Shown here one piece after another: positions 17,311-33,469 of a DNA stretch of 64,000 nt (positions within the stretch are counted from its first letter, which is position 1; every line of letters starts with the position of its first letter). The notes under the pieces are model-generated. The model worked only from the letters and a program-made list of their open reading frames with translations. It did not search any database and had not been told where the DNA came from. The stretch is from NCBI RefSeq assembly GCF_009914755.1, contig NC_060926.1; one strand, given 5' to 3'. The position numbers were made by a program, and so were the translations under genes. The stretch comes from the human T2T-CHM13v2.0 reference genome, Homo sapiens.

Positions 17311-20300
17311 CATTATATTATTTTTAAACTTCTCTGTAGGTCTGAACATATTCAAAGGAAAAAGTTGGAACAAGAAAGAGTGACTCAGGATGGAAACCTT
17401 GCCACCAAGGTGGGGTTACGTGGGGTCTGTGCCTTGAGTAGTAATGCATAACCCAGAAATCAGCCCTAAGCAGAGACACTGAGGACAATGGCGCGTGTTG
17501 GGCACTGCACAACCCTAAAGGAGCCATTTACATAGACAATCGTGTCAATGATGCTTCCCCCCATACCCTGTTCAACTGTCCACAGTCATCTGTGCCTAGA
17601 GGCAGTATATGCTGAACTAGACCGAAGCCTAGAGTGGCCAGATTCTGCATGCAGGAGTGGGGATTGGAGTAAACTAAATCAGTGTTTTCCAAGGTGTAGA
17701 TCATGAGGGATTACTAAGTATTCTCTGAGACTGGAGGCGTTGTGAGGGCAGGCTGTGTATGGCTTTCTTCTGTTTCACCAGTGCAGAGCCCAGTATTTAG
17801 CACAAAATAGGGAGTCAATAATTTTTGTTTTTGCAATAACAAGTTAACTGCTACCAAATACATTTAAGAAATAGTGCATGAAACAGGATTGCTAGAATAA
17901 GATTTCTCAGAGACTTTGATACAGTAAATCCATGGGTGAATCTCCAAAAGGAGAACACAGGAGGCAATGTTCCTGAAACTAGCTCAACATGGAAACCTTC
18001 AACCACAAAGTGGCTCACAGGCATATTGCTATGTCCTGGATGCAACGTGTAAAATGTATTTCTTGTGGGTCATGGTCGAGAAAGTTTTAAATTTCCATTT
18101 TTAGAAAAAAGTCCATGAGTGTTTGTTGCTGAGATTTCTTGAGCTTCCTTCTTCTGCTCTTTCCATGGCTAACTATTTAGCTAGCTGTCAAGCCTCCTGC
18201 TGCTGTCTTCCCTTTCTTGCTTCAGTAAATCTGAGTCTGCTGCCACCCAAGAGCTGTGAAGTTTCTGCTGCTCCTCTTCAGTGGTTCCACGGTTCCATTT
18301 GCTGCACTATTGAGAAACTTTCTCAGTTTCTGGTCACAGGAACTAACTTAAATCAGCTGAGACACAAAAAGACAATTTATCGGTTTATGTGATCAAAAAG
18401 TCTGGTCATGGCCTAAAAATAAATCATAACATTTCTGTTTCTCTCTCCATTTCTCTGCCAGTGTCTTCATGTGGCTTCCGGAGGCCCCAGACTCATGTCC
18501 TATTAGTTTAGAGGTCTGACCCTGAGAGGCAGAAAGAAAGCACTTATCTCTACAGATCTGCTGGGAAGGTCTTGGGGAAGAATGTCACTAGTCAAGCATG
18601 AGTGGGATGCCTGTCCCTAAGCCAATCACTCCAGCCAGAGCAATGGGGTGCTCTGATTGTCAGGCCTGGGGTTTGTCCCACCATTGTAACAGGATGGGAT
18701 GACAGCCAGCCCACCCAAACCACAGGAAATGGGTTCCCCACGGGAAGACACTTTCCTCTACCAAAAGAAAGGAGAAGCGATGTCGGGCAGACAAAACCAA
18801 TGGATATCTAGTGTTAGCGCTAGTGATGGGCCAAATACTATTAAAACCCAGACAGTGCCCTTTAATGAGCAATTCAGAAGCTTACGAAAAAGGAGAGGGT
18901 GATGGGATTTGCCCAGGACCGCTTGGGTGGAAAGCTCATTGTTCCAGAGAAAATTCCATGCAGTTGATGATGAAGTCCCTCATTTACCAGAGATAAAATC
19001 TCAAGCCACTGGCGAATAGTTCAAATAACCATTCTGCCAAGGAACTGCCTACACATACACGTTGACTGAATGCAAACTTTTACACCATTTCCCTCTGAAA
19101 CCAAGAGGAGTCATTCCAATAGGCTAGATTGATGTTCTTTTCCTCAAAGGGCTCACAATCAAAGGAAAGAGACAGAAAATCAAACAAGTACAGAGCATTT
19201 TAATAAGGGCTTTGAGAGGAGAAGATAAGGGGGTCTAGAAAGGAAGAAGGTCCTTACCAACAGAGAACCCAGAAAAAACCACAGGAACCTCATAGAAGCA
19301 GGTGAGTCCCATGGCTAGAGTGAGGGTGCCTGCTCTAGGCTACCCTGGACAGGTAGTGTTCTGCCTCCCATGGACGGTACTCTCTGTAAGATGTCCAGAC
19401 ATGACAAAGAGCATTCAGAGGAAGACATTCTGAAGAATGGATAAATCAAGTCTGTGCTATATGGGAAACTGTTGCAGAATGATAGTCTTGAAAATTTATT
19501 TGAAGGGCTGCCATAGGGGAAAGGGATTTGACTTGTGTTAGAGTTTCCAGGAGCGCTGCAGTGAGCCTGTCCCTGGAACAACACAGGGAGTCATGCTTTG
19601 CTTCTAGAGAAGGAAGCACTTTCCAATAAAAGGCCATCCTGGAAAGGCATGAGATCTTTAGGGAGAAAATGATTTGACTATAACTGAAGGTGTTTAAGAA
19701 CAGACTGAATGGCCACTTGGCAGAGATGTATATTCAAGCACTGGGTTAGGGGTAGGCTGATGAGATGCAGCTTTAAGAGCCTTGAGATAGTAAAATTTTC
19801 ACCAACACTCAGAAACCTGTTGCTGTAAGCACGTATGCATGATCTTTAATATGTTGTCCATTTAGAGCCTTCATAGCAAGTACTGCAGGAATGTTTGCCT
19901 TACAAATAAAAGCTATGCAAAGGCCTCTATGCTTTATGCTTTCCTAGAACTCCTCCCCCATCAGCAATGTATGCAAAGCCGCCACCAATATAATCTGCTG
20001 GGTTCGTAGCTATGTTGACGGCTTCTAATTCTGCAGAGAGGCAGCATAACACAGGGTGTATGTAAATGACATGGAATGCAACATGTGTAAGGAGCCCAGG
20101 CTAGAGCTTTGCACCTTCCTTGTCATGACACATCAGTGAACTATTTTTCATTCACTGGGGCCTCTTCTTGTTCCTCTTCTCTGTCTGTGTAATTGTTGGA
20201 TGGGGGAGTGGTGTGTACAGAGTGGTATAAAGGAAAGTGAATTCTCCCATGAAAAAAGCAACTTTGTCCCTCTCATCCGTGCCTTTAGGAAAGTCGCTTC

Positions 20301-20580
20301 ACCTCTTCCTTTCCTTCTTCAAAGTGAGGATCAAGGAGATGAGTTTGAAAGAGCTTTGAATTTCTCAGTATGAATATTTTCCAGTTATCTTGTGTTTAAT
20401 TTTGCACTCTGTCAACCTCCCCTATACATACCCAAAGTTATCTCAAATGTAAACCTGAGTTTTAGTCTGCATGCCCTAAAGAGGAACTGATTTGAGGAAG
20501 TTGAGTAGGGGTAGAGAGAAAGGTGGAGCTGAAGACGAGGGTTGGAGGAAGTGGAAACACAGCTTGGCAGGCTCCACAAA

Positions 20581-21130
20581 TGACAGGAACTTATTATAAC
20601 AATGGGAATATAGTTTATACTCAGTGATATACTCCCATCAAAGACACATGCCCCACGTGGCTGCTGGGGATGGTTGCATGGTTGCCAGGGGTGCCCGCTC
20701 TCCTCCGCTATGAGCTGAGGGGGTGCTGGCAGGCCTAGTGCCTCCTCACAGCAGGATGCTGGAGTCTCCCAAGCCCCAGCTTATATACCCCCATTTCCCG
20801 CACCAACCATGAGGGGATGCACTGAGGGTGGATGAACGACTGACCTGGGAAAGATCCTCTCCCAGAAAGCGGTGCCAGTTGGGCCTTCTAAACTTTCTGG
20901 CCATTCCCTGGGTGGGGGCACAGAAATGATGTCTGTTCAGAGTCTGTCTAGGGTCACATGCACAGCTTCCTCCCAGACCCCAAGCTTGTTCTGAGATAAA
21001 GAATCTGGATGGGTTAGGAACCCAGAGGTTCCCAAACTCCATATACGGTCCCTTTCCCACTGAGAACCAAAATTATTTCCCCTGCATGGCAAGAGACGCT
21101 CCTTAAACCACATGCCAATAATATTCCACA
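20581..21130 (-). mobile_element. Probable ERVL solo LTR (MER54/MER74-like)
   Basis: Minus strand begins TGTGGAATATTATTGG and has a TATATAA box (CTTATATAC on +); left boundary uncertain. Confidence 0.4.
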
Positions 21131-22026
21131 CTCTCATAAACATTCTACTTTGCCCTCACCACTCTGAAATGCTAGGAGGCTCTGCTAGCAGGTGCTTTCT
21201 CTGACTCTGATAGGAATAAACTTAGCTCCATCTTATCAGCAACGTGTTTTCGTAATATTTTCAGAGCCAGCATTCAATACCTCTCTCTCTTCTGGAGGTC
21301 TGGCAAGTTCAAACTTTATCCTCTCCTCTACAAATCTTCTGTGCTAAGGTTTATTGCACTAAAAGTGTTTCAGAGGTCTTTCCTCCTCCCCTCTTATGTG
21401 GGAGACCAAGTTGCAGTCATAGGAAAATTATGGACTTGCCTTAGGCAATTAAGATGATATTCTCTATTTTTCTGAGTTGAGAAAAAAAGACATGTTGAGA
21501 ACTTCTGTCCAAACAAGATGGCATAACATAATTCCTTTCTTTCATCCTTGCTAAGCACAACTATAAATTCTGAACATAACTCAAGGGACAACCAATGGAG
21601 AACTCTGAGAGATGGTAAGAAGGCGGTAAGTTGAATTGGGACCCAAGAAGTAGAGGAACAGCCCAGCAATAGGACCTTTTACATCCCACTCTCAACAGAG
21701 AAGGTGACTTGGCATTTTATCACCCCTGGCTAGCAGCAGAAGGCAGCACAGGTAGACTCACTCCTCCCTGGAATCAGATAGGAGTCCTTTTGATGACATC
21801 ACAGCCTGATGCTTATTGGAAAGGGGGTCCTTTGGGAGCCCCACCCACAATAAGTGTCTAGGGAAGCTCTGTTCTTCCCCTCAGGTCCTGAGCTTCCCCT
21901 CCTCGTGGTGAGACACAGGAGCAGCGGGTGGGACTGGCAAAAAAAAGGGGAACAGCTGCATAAAATGGCCCAGGACATGTCTTCATCCCCACAGGTCTAA
22001 AAGATGCCTCCCTCGCTGCGGGACAC

Positions 22027-22350
22027 TGTATTAGTCTCTTCCCACACTGCTAATGAAGACACACCCGAGACTGGGTGATTTGCAAAGAAAACTTAATGGA
22101 CTCACAGTTCCACATGGCTGGGAAGGCCTCACAATCATGGCGGACGGCAAGGAGAGAGTGTGTACAGGGGAACTCCCCTTTATATAACCATCAGATTTCG
22201 GGAGACTTATTCACTATCATGAGAACAGCATGGGAAAGACACGCCCCCATGATTCAATTACCTCCCACAAGGTCCCTCCCACAACATGTGGGAATTATGG
22301 GAGCTACAATTCAAGATGAGATTTGGGTGGGACACAGCTAAACTGTATCA
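22027..22350 (-). mobile_element. THE1 (MaLR) solo LTR
   Basis: TGTATTAGTC...GATTTGGGTGGGACACAGCTAAACTGTATCA with perfect 5-bp TSD GACAC. Confidence 0.9.
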
Positions 22351-23354
22351 GACACCTAGAGGTCTGCCTGGGGAAATGGCTTTTGCATTCTCAGGCAGCA
22401 CCGACAGGGAGCGATGGGAACCCCAGCATCACCAGATGAGCCAAGTAGACTGAATTAGCACAGCAAAGGCTCTGAAAATTGAATTGTCATTGGTGCCCAG
22501 CTGAGAAAAGGAGTCCAGACCCTGCATGCTAACCCGAAACAGGAAGCCTGCCTTCTAAAATAACAGACTTAAATAGGACCCAGAGACTCCTGACATAATA
22601 GACGACATGTTCAGGATACAGTAGAAAATCATTTATCGTTTCAAGAATCAAGAAAACCACAAGTTGAATGAGAAAAAATAATCAACCAATAGCAACATTG
22701 AGATGAATCAGATGTTGGAATAATCCGGCAGGGATGTTAAAGAAACTACCATAAAAATACTGTAACAATGAGCTAAAAACTCTCTTGAAGCAAATGAAAA
22801 ACAGAAAATCTCAGCAAAGAAATAGAAGTTACAAAATAAAAGAACCAAGTAAAAATTATAGAAATGAAAAGTGCAATAATTTTAAAAAATTTTAAATTTA
22901 TTGGATGGGCTCAATAGTAGAGTGGAGTTGACAGAGGATAGAGTCAGTGAACTGGAAGACAGATCAATAGAATTCATCCAATCTGAATATCAGAGAAAAC
23001 ACAGACTGAGAAAAAAATTAACAGAGCCTCAAGGGCCTGTGGGACAATAACAGAAAAGCCAACATTCATATCATCAGAGTCCCAGAAGAATAGCAAAAAG
23101 AAAGAAGAGGTGGAAGAATAGTTAAAGAAATGATAGCTGAAAACTCCTTAAATTTGGAAAAAGAAACAAAGCTGCAGCCTCAAGATGCTGAGAAAATCCC
23201 ACATAAGATAAACCCAAAGAAACACATGTCAAGACACAGCATAATTAAACTTTTGAGAATTAAAGATGAAGAAAAATATCTTGAAAGCAGCCAAAGAGAA
23301 ATGATGCACCAGTTGGCAAATAGCCATTTGAATGACAGTGGATTTCTCGTCTGA

Positions 23355-23695
<341 letters not shown>

Positions 23696-24428
23696 CGTGG
23701 CACATTTTTCAAATCAGTTCAATTTTTGAACAACAACAAACTGTCAATCATGAATTCTTTATCTGGCAAAACTATACCTCAGGAATGAAGGGGAAATAAA
23801 GATCCCTTCAGCCTAAGGAAAACTAAAAGAATTTATCATTAGCCGAGCTACCTTTAAAGAGTGACTAAAGGAAATTTATCAAATGAAAACAAAATGATCA
23901 GGGAAAAATAGTGGAACATTAAGACAGTAGAAGAAGCAATAGGAGGAGTAGCTTCCCATGTCCACACTGAAGGTAATTTGATTGGCTGGGTAGGTGTCTT
24001 CTTCCCTTAGCTCCTTGAAGAGCCCTGAGCTCCATTGAAAATTACTGACCTTCCTGGAGAGAGAGGCTGGGTCTTGGAACAAGAATGAAAAGATATTAGC
24101 AGCCTATAAGCCAAAATGTACATGCTAATTCTGCCTAAGGCAACAATTCTGAGGTCCTACAATCTCCTGTGTCTGATGTAATTAACACATTACCTTGTCT
24201 TTTATTCTCCTCTGGTCTCACTGTCTACCACCTCATCTGTATGATGCATCTTAATCCTTTTTATTAAAGCTCTATAGAGATAGGAGTGTTGGATTTTTTT
24301 AGAAGGTATTCCAGGAAGTTTCCCTATTTCTAAACCTCACCTCTATCACACTGTTTTAAAATCAGCTTGTTGTGATCTTTCTCACGATTGCAGTTGGTGG
24401 TCAGAGATTTGATACTGAAGAAAAATTA

Positions 24429-24740
<312 letters not shown>

Positions 24741-25551
24741 TCCATATCTTAAAAAGGGCCAGTTTTTCCCCCAACAGTAATCTTACATCTCAAAGAGAAA
24801 AAGTCTAGCTTGAGAAATCCACTTAGCAATAGTTACGTAAATTCTAATTATCCTTTCTCAGAGTTAAGAGAGAGGCTGGAAAAAAGAGAGCTACCAGACA
24901 ATAAGAAGGGTGGGTATTGGTCCAGGGAGGCTAAAAATACTGCAGAGATGAATATTATACTCAACTTGCCCTTTTAGTTGGCACATGACACAAAATAAAG
25001 ATAGCTCGAAGTAGTAGCAGTAGGAGGTCCTCAATTCCAAAGTTATGTGATTCCAGTAACTACGGTGAGGAATCAAGCCCAACATGTGCCTAAAGCTGTC
25101 CTTTCTTCTCAGTAAAAGGAAAAAAGAGGTCTGTCTAGGCAGCCTTCCTCGTGAATCCACCTCACCTCAAGCACCTTGTTCTCACTGCCAGGAGCAAGGA
25201 ACATATTTAGAGCTTATGTTTCAGAGACTTCAGGTGCAGGTAGGATTTGAGCCCTCTGGTCACTCGATGTGTTTATCCCTGAGAGGAGGCTGAAAGCCAG
25301 CCAAGCAGATATTTGTAATTGCCATGCAGTGGAAGACCTCCTACCAAGTACAGAGATTGCTTAGATGTGCCTGGCATGAGCCCCTTTACCTGCCTCAGAT
25401 ATAAGTGCATTTGCTTCTGTTATTTTTCCAAAGTGAGACAAGCTGCATGTTCCCTAATTAGCTGGAAATCAAAGATTTTACTGTTGAATCCACAAGACCA
25501 AACCCAGTCCCATGCAGATTATCCAAATGTTGTCTATCCTGGGGAGGCCAT

Positions 25552-25956
25552 TGTGTTAGTCCATTTTGTGTTGCTGTTAAGAAATACCCGAGGCTTGTTG
25601 ATTTATTTTTTAAAAGTGGCTCGTGGTTCTGCAGGCTATACAGGAAGCCTGGCACTAGCATCTGCTTCTGGTGAGGCCCCAGGGAGCTGTTACTCATGGG
25701 GGAAGGTGAAGACGCAGCAAGTGTCTCACATGGTGAGAGAGGGAGCAAGAGACAGAGGAGGAGGTGCCAGGCTCTTTTAAACAACCAGCTCTCATTTGAA
25801 AAGAGCAGTAACTCATGAATTACTATGGGGAGGGCACCAAGCCATTTATGAGGGATGCCCCTATGATCCAAACGCCTTCCACCAGGCCCCACCTCCAATA
25901 CTGGGGATCACAATGTGACATGAGATTTGGAGGGGACAAACATCCAAACTATATTA
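25552..25956 (-). mobile_element. MST (MaLR) solo LTR
   Basis: TGTGTTAGTCCATTTTGTGTTGCTG...GAGATTTGGAGGGGACAAACATCCAAACTATATTA, flanked by CCAT on both sides. Confidence 0.88.
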
Positions 25957-26270
25957 CCATCCTATTCTGATAGTGTTTGCTTCCATTGCTAGACCATGCA
26001 AAAGAAATAAACTCCTTATCAGTCCAATAGTGCTGTCATTTCTGCCACGGTCACTAGCGGCCACTGCTGGACATCAGCCCTGTGGTGCTTGGTAAAGGCT
26101 TATTCACTGGTGTACAACACCCCGTGGCCCAGATCCCTACCAGTGCTGCCGTGGGCCAGGGCTTGAGCCCTGAGTGGCTCTCAGTTCATCTTCATGATCT
26201 TTGGCAATGCATCCCAACCACGGCCCTTTGCTCTGTTTCAGAACAAGCTCTACTCCACAAATACACAGGC

Positions 26271-26456
26271 CAGAGGTGTGCAAACCTTAGGGCCCTGAGA
26301 AGCACTGAAATAGGCTTATTTTTTAAATGCAAATTTCCAGGGTCTTCCCCAGCACATTATGATTCAATGTCAAGGATAAAGGGTGATGCGCATTTTAACA
26401 GTCACATCAGGAGAGAAGATGCACTTTCTTGGCAGATCACACTTTGAAAAACTCTG
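26271..26456. mobile_element. MER5-like hAT DNA transposon remnant
   Basis: CAGAG...CTCTG termini; AAATGCAAATTTCCAGGG, GCATTTTAACA, CACACTTTGAAAAAC. Confidence 0.5.
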
Positions 26457-26661
26457 CCTTATTGCCCGATGGTAAAACCAGTTTATTAGCCCAGATTCCC
26501 TCTCTCATGAGGACCTCATGGTGAACTTGGGGTCCTTTTCTACCAGTGAACCTTGACTGAGTCACTCCATTATTCATCAAGAGGTTTTCTCCACAAAGAG
26601 TCTTGGAAGTAAGGATCTGAGGATTTCATCCTTTTCTTGAAACCTAGGTCTCTCCTCCCCC

Positions 26662-26664
<3 letters not shown>

Positions 26665-26706
<42 letters not shown>

Positions 26707-27114
26707 ATACACATACACACACACAGACACACAGACACATATACATACACACACACACAGATGCATACACATACACACAGACACATATACATACACACAC
26801 AGACACACACAGACACATACACACACACACAGACACATATACATACACACATACACACAGACACATATACATACACAGACACACACATACACACACACAC
26901 AGAGACACACACATACACATACACACAGACACATGCATACACACACACAGACACATATACATACACGCAGACACACAGACACATAGACACAAATACACAC
27001 AGACACAGACACACACATTTACACATACACACAGACACATACATACAAACACACACGCATATACACATGCACACACTCATGCACATACACACACACACAC
27101 ACAGACACACACAC
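26665..27114. repeat. Compound (CA/TA/GA)n microsatellite, ~450 bp
   Basis: Pure (AC)n start then CACATA/CAGACA variants. Confidence 0.95.
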
Positions 27115-27328
27115 AGTTCTTGTAGAAATGTTTTAACAGAAGCATTGCATACTGAGCCAGCCTGGCACAATAAAGTAAATATCCACATGGCAAGGGAACA
27201 TTTATAGAACCAAGGAAGGGCACTGTCCTGAACCTTGCAGCACAGGAGACCTGCTCCAACGTGGCTTTCTATCTCTCTGTGAAGAGAAACCCTAGAAGCT
27301 TCTCTCCTATAAAAAAGGGGAGGCACAT

Positions 27329-27497
<169 letters not shown>

Positions 27498-30483
27498 GGG
27501 GGTAGGGGGCAGGGCATAGAATGTAGGCCCACTGCAGTCTCACAGAAACACGGGTCAATCCTGCACTCAGCCTCCTGCCAAGTCTTCATACCACACTGCA
27601 ATCGCCTCAAGAGTAAGGGCTGTGTCTGTCCCATTTATTACTCTCCCCCGAGTACACCCGCGGAGCACTGGGAGCCCAGGAAAGGGAGCCACAGACGTGT
27701 TAATTTAACTTATCTGGACGATTGTGCAAGTGGCACTGTCAGAGCTTGGGCTGCTGCTGGTCAGGAGCCTCACCAGACACCTGTGCTGGTCAGCAAGGCT
27801 GCCCAGTAAACTATCCTGATATCCAACCTTCCGATAATGGCAGGATGTTCAGGACTGTTTGTCCTGGCCCCCTGGTGTTGAGTAGGGTCAGAGGTCCCGT
27901 TCTGGCCCCTGAGTTGTGAGCAGAAGGGATGAGTGTCACCTCTAGGCCATGCTCTTGGCTCTGGTTTAAGATCCTCCAGGACTCACTTCCCCTCTGCACG
28001 TCCACCAGCAGCATCTGGGAGGGTTTTGACTTAGCCTGAGGCCCTGAGTCACTGTAAGAAGCAGAGGCTCTTGTCATCATGTCCTGTGAGCAAGACACAT
28101 TCTCATGCTGTTTCCAGTGGCTTAGACTGTAGGTGGTTCTAGCAGCATAACTGAACCTGTCTTAGCTGATGACACCCCCAGAGCCAGGGACCAGGGCAGG
28201 ACAGAGGGTCAGGAGCTCAGTCCTGCAGAATGGGGAACAGGGGACAGGAGTTGGAGATCAGATGATAGCAGTCAGTTTGGATGACAGAAAACTGGCAGGC
28301 TTGCTGTGTAGCAAGCAGAGGCCACAGCCAGTCCTACCTAGGGATGAGTTGCTCCCCAGTCTCTCCTGCCATCTGGCTCTGCCTCCGAGACTCCACCCTG
28401 GCCTCTCTTGGCTCCATAAATCTGCTCATCTTTCAGCACAGAGCCCTTTAGATCCCTTCAAGCACCGATGTTCTGGAGAATCACTGGTTAGGTCACTTCT
28501 AAACTGGAGTACAGCGGGGTCAAAACAGTCAGTCATCACAGGGGCTTAAGTGGCGGTACCTCCTGTTTGCTTCTGCCCGTCACATTAACTCACGGCACTA
28601 ATCCCCCATACCCGGTATGAATGAGAGGTCCCAGCAGCAGGTGAAGACGCTCACCTTTGTGATTCCCTCTTCCCTCCTGAGTCTCCTTCCCTCCCCCCGG
28701 CCTTGTCCCATCCTCCTCCAGTTAAACAAGGTTCTCATTGTCCCTTCCCTTCCCCACTCTTATACCTCCTCTTGGGCAAGCATCTTCAACCTAGGGTAGC
28801 TGTCAGCATACTCACTCCCTGCGGGAGAGCCAGAGGGTCCCAGCACAGGGCCTGGCCAGGTACTCAAACAATGACTAGCAACATAACCTCTCCAAGCCTC
28901 ATCCTCCTCCATGGCAAAAATCAGGTCCATGATGTTTAACCCACATGGTCACTGTGGGCCATGCTTGGTAAAGTACCAGGAACTTTGAGGATGCTTTCTT
29001 GATGTCCAACAAGGCTTTGCAGCTCTTGAAGGAAGCAATGACTTTGTTCCCATCAGTGAAGGTTCCAAGACACAGATAGGTGCTGCCCCTCTGATAGCCA
29101 TGAGCACCTCGGTCACACTTCAGAGACTCACCCTGCTGTATGGACCTTGCTGCTGACTGGTTCCCAGGCCTGAGTGTGAATCATGCCCACTCAACTTACT
29201 AACGCCGTGCTCAGAGCACACTCATCGGAAGCTAATAACAAGAGGAGTTTCTCTTTTCCCCTTTGAAGAAAATGTCAGGAAATCCATGGGCAGACACTCT
29301 GCTAATGACTTGCCCCAAATCATTTCTCTTTATCCGCTGGGAGAGACTTGCTAACTCTGTTTCTTCCTTAAACTTGTACCTAGGGCAAGGAATGCCCCAA
29401 AATGCCAAGACCCACTGTTGCAGGTGCTAATTGAAACAAGTAATGAGTTCCTCTTCCTAAAAAGTGTAATAGGCTCCTCTGCGTTATTCAGTAGCTTGAA
29501 TATCCAGTGTTTCTTATTCCTTTTAATCACAAATACCCTCCTTAGAGTAGAAGAAATTGCAGCTCATTATCTTGCCTAATTTGCATGCTTGCCAATTACA
29601 TACCTAGCAATACAAAACACAAAAATACAAATGTTTAGCAGCAAACAATGATTTAAGCCTGGAATAAGCAATTCTCCCTGTTTTCATCATCAGTGTCATA
29701 CCCTTTTCTTGCTGCCAGACACAAACAGGAGACCAAATCCACTTTAGACAACGGTCTTTGGGGGCCTCTGGGGGTCTTTTTGATTCTGCAAAGCTTTGAG
29801 CCAAGGAGGAGGCATTTAGAGAAAGACAAAATCCACACAATAAAAATACTTGTTGGCTGTTAATTGGAAATTCAGAATGCACGGCTGCAGGGCATTTATT
29901 CCTGCTGGCAGCCTCCCCGTCCCCAGCCCCTCAGTCCCGGAAATTCTGGAATCTGAGGGTGAGACGTTTTGCTGGCTTTGGCTGGGACATTAAGCAGAGG
30001 AGTAAAGGGGTCACAGGGTGATTGTCTCCGAGCAGAGAAGGAAAAGCCCCCACTGTATTTCCACCCATTGCATCCACCAAGTCCAGCAGGGGAAGCTCAC
30101 GCTGGTTTCTCTCAGACCACCCCACACCCACAGAAATCCCCAGGCTTCCCCTTCTACTTTTTAAACCTCAATCCATGGCCCAGCCCTGAATTCGCGGCAA
30201 CACAGCCAATTCTCATTCCCTTTTCTTTCCCCTCAATCTGTTTCAACAATCTCCAGCTGCAGAACATTCCAGACCTCTGTGTTCTCCACACTGACTGCCC
30301 ACTTAGGAGGAGCGTGAGATGAAATCCCCCATCACCAAGGCTGCTGGCACCGTCTCATTGCCTGTCTCAGCTGAGCCTTCAGTCTTGCTTGACTAACTTT
30401 TTTTTTTCTTATTCGTCTTCATTTCTCTTTTCATTCTCTACCGCAAACATTCCAAATAGTCACCAGGTAAAGCGCTAAACAGG

Positions 30484-30956
30484 TGCATTAGTCTCCCAGG
30501 GCTGCCTTAACCAATGACCACTAACCAGGTGGCTTCAAACAGCAGGGATTTATTCTCTTGCTAGTCCTGAAAGCTAGGAGTCCAAAATCAAGGTGTCAGC
30601 AGGTGGTTCCTTCTGGAGGCTCTGAGGAAGAATCTGCTCCATGCCTCTCTCCTAGCTTCTGGGTTTTCCAGCAACCCTTAGTGCTCTTAGCCTTGTAGAT
30701 GCCTCACTCCAATTCCTGCCTCTGTGTTCATGGGACCCTCTTTCCTTTGCCTCCTCTGTGTGTGCCCAAATTTCCCTCTTCTTATAATGTCACCAGTCAT
30801 TGGGGTAGGGTTTTCACTAATACAGTACAACCTCATCCAGTAAGACCTCATCTTAATGTGATTACTTTTGGAAAGTCTCTATTTCCAAATAAGGTTACAT
30901 TCACAGGGACCAGGGGTTATAACATCTTTTTGGAGTAGACAATTCTACCCATTATA
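30484..30956 (-). mobile_element. MLT1 (MaLR) solo LTR
   Basis: TGCATTAGTCTCCCAGGGCTGCC...TCCAAAATCAAGGTGTCAGCAGG...TTTCCAAATAAGGTTACATTCACAG. Confidence 0.85.
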
Positions 30957-30987
30957 AGGTGTCTGATATTTAGAAAGCACTTGATAG

Positions 30988-31530
<543 letters not shown>

Positions 31531-32331
31531 TGATTAAAAATCTCCCAAGGTACCCACTGCCTCTAGGAGACATCACTCTTTTAGGAACTACTATCGTGCA
31601 AGACCTTCTTAGCAAGCCAGCCTCCTACCTCCAAAGTGAGATCAGCTTTGCTGGCTTCAAGGCATTCAGAAGCTCACCACACCTCTTGCTTCCACAGTAG
31701 GTTGCTGGGAAGGTCCAAGGTCTCTTTCCCAGCACCAGGTGAATGTGCTAGAAGATCTGCTTCTTCTGGAAGCATCCCTACCACCAGCAAACTTTCAGAG
31801 TTATTGTAGGCACCATGTGCTCTTTGGCCATTTCTCTGGGAACCTTCACTAACATACTCAGGGACCTCGTGCCTTCCCAAGCTTCTGATTGGTCCAACCC
31901 GAATTTCATAAGCATTTAGCTTGCAGTTAACAGGAATCTGTATAAAAGTGCCAAGTATCTTGCATTGGGTTCTAAGGGCCATAAAAGCACCTCAAGAAGA
32001 CGAGAGGACCTGGGTTTGCACAGACAGTCGATGGGAGGGTTTTAGATGAACTGTGGAGTAGGAGGCATCTTTGAGGGATCACAGAGACCAGGAGTAAATG
32101 AAACTGAGTACGAGTAACTCATTTTTGTGTCCCCAACAAGAATGTGAATATGGTGGGCTTTGCAAACTGTAGTTCAATTAGCTTGACATTGATCCCAGAA
32201 ATAATTCTACTGTGGGATATATTTTTGATGGAGTAGTTAATCCCAAATAAGAAAGCAAGGAAAGCTTTACTGACTGAACAACACTCATTTCCTTCTGTGA
32301 TGAGTTGCTAGGGTTTTAAAAGAGGGATATA

Positions 32332-32665
<334 letters not shown>

Positions 32666-33469
32666 TCACTGACTTTCTTCCCGGTGTGTTCCATGATGTC
32701 GCCATGCCAAGTGCCCTCCAGCCTCCAATCAAGCATCTTCAGTGACGGGGAACTCATTACCTCCTAGGGCAAGTAATCCCATCTTTGAGCTGTTCAGGCT
32801 GCGAGGACATTTTTTTTCTTCTGTCATGCCAACATTGGGCACCCTGAGCCTTCTCCTCATTGCTATTAATTTAAGTATTCACAAGTTCATTATGTGGAAT
32901 TTGTCACCACCTGCACCCTGACACTGAGCTCCTTTCCACTACGCCTGACATCAAATTATGATTGCTGGCAGCCACATCTCTCTGCTAGCTCCTACTAGGA
33001 CTCCTCTCAGTTAAAACACATAGCAGTGGCTAAGCCATGGCCACCCCCATGCTTTATGTGTACTATTGGATTTATTACTCAATGCAGAGTCTGACATTAC
33101 CTGTGTTCAGTTCATTTTCTTAGGTGGTAGTTCTTAATTAGGACTAGGTGCCAAAACCACCTGCAGAGCTTTTTCAAAACATGTAGGTATGGTCCTCTCT
33201 TCAGACAAACTGCATCAGTCCATGTAACACAATATATCGTACCCACAGGGAAGATGGATTATTTTCTCCATTTGGAGGGTCCTGAAACCTAGAACACACA
33301 AAACAGCCTAAAAAGAAGGATGAATCCAATATGCAGAAAGTTCTGCAATAGAAGGTGAGGTAGGTCCAAGAAATAAAACTTTATTATTGTTATTATAATC
33401 CTATTTTCATCCCCAAGCTGGTGCATTCCAAAAAAGCATGGGTTATTAAAATTAAAAGGAAGGCAAAAA

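Noticed and set aside
26570-27326. Long Cys/Val- and His/Thr-rich ORFs (up to 249 aa)
   Set aside because: Artefact of the CA/TG microsatellite
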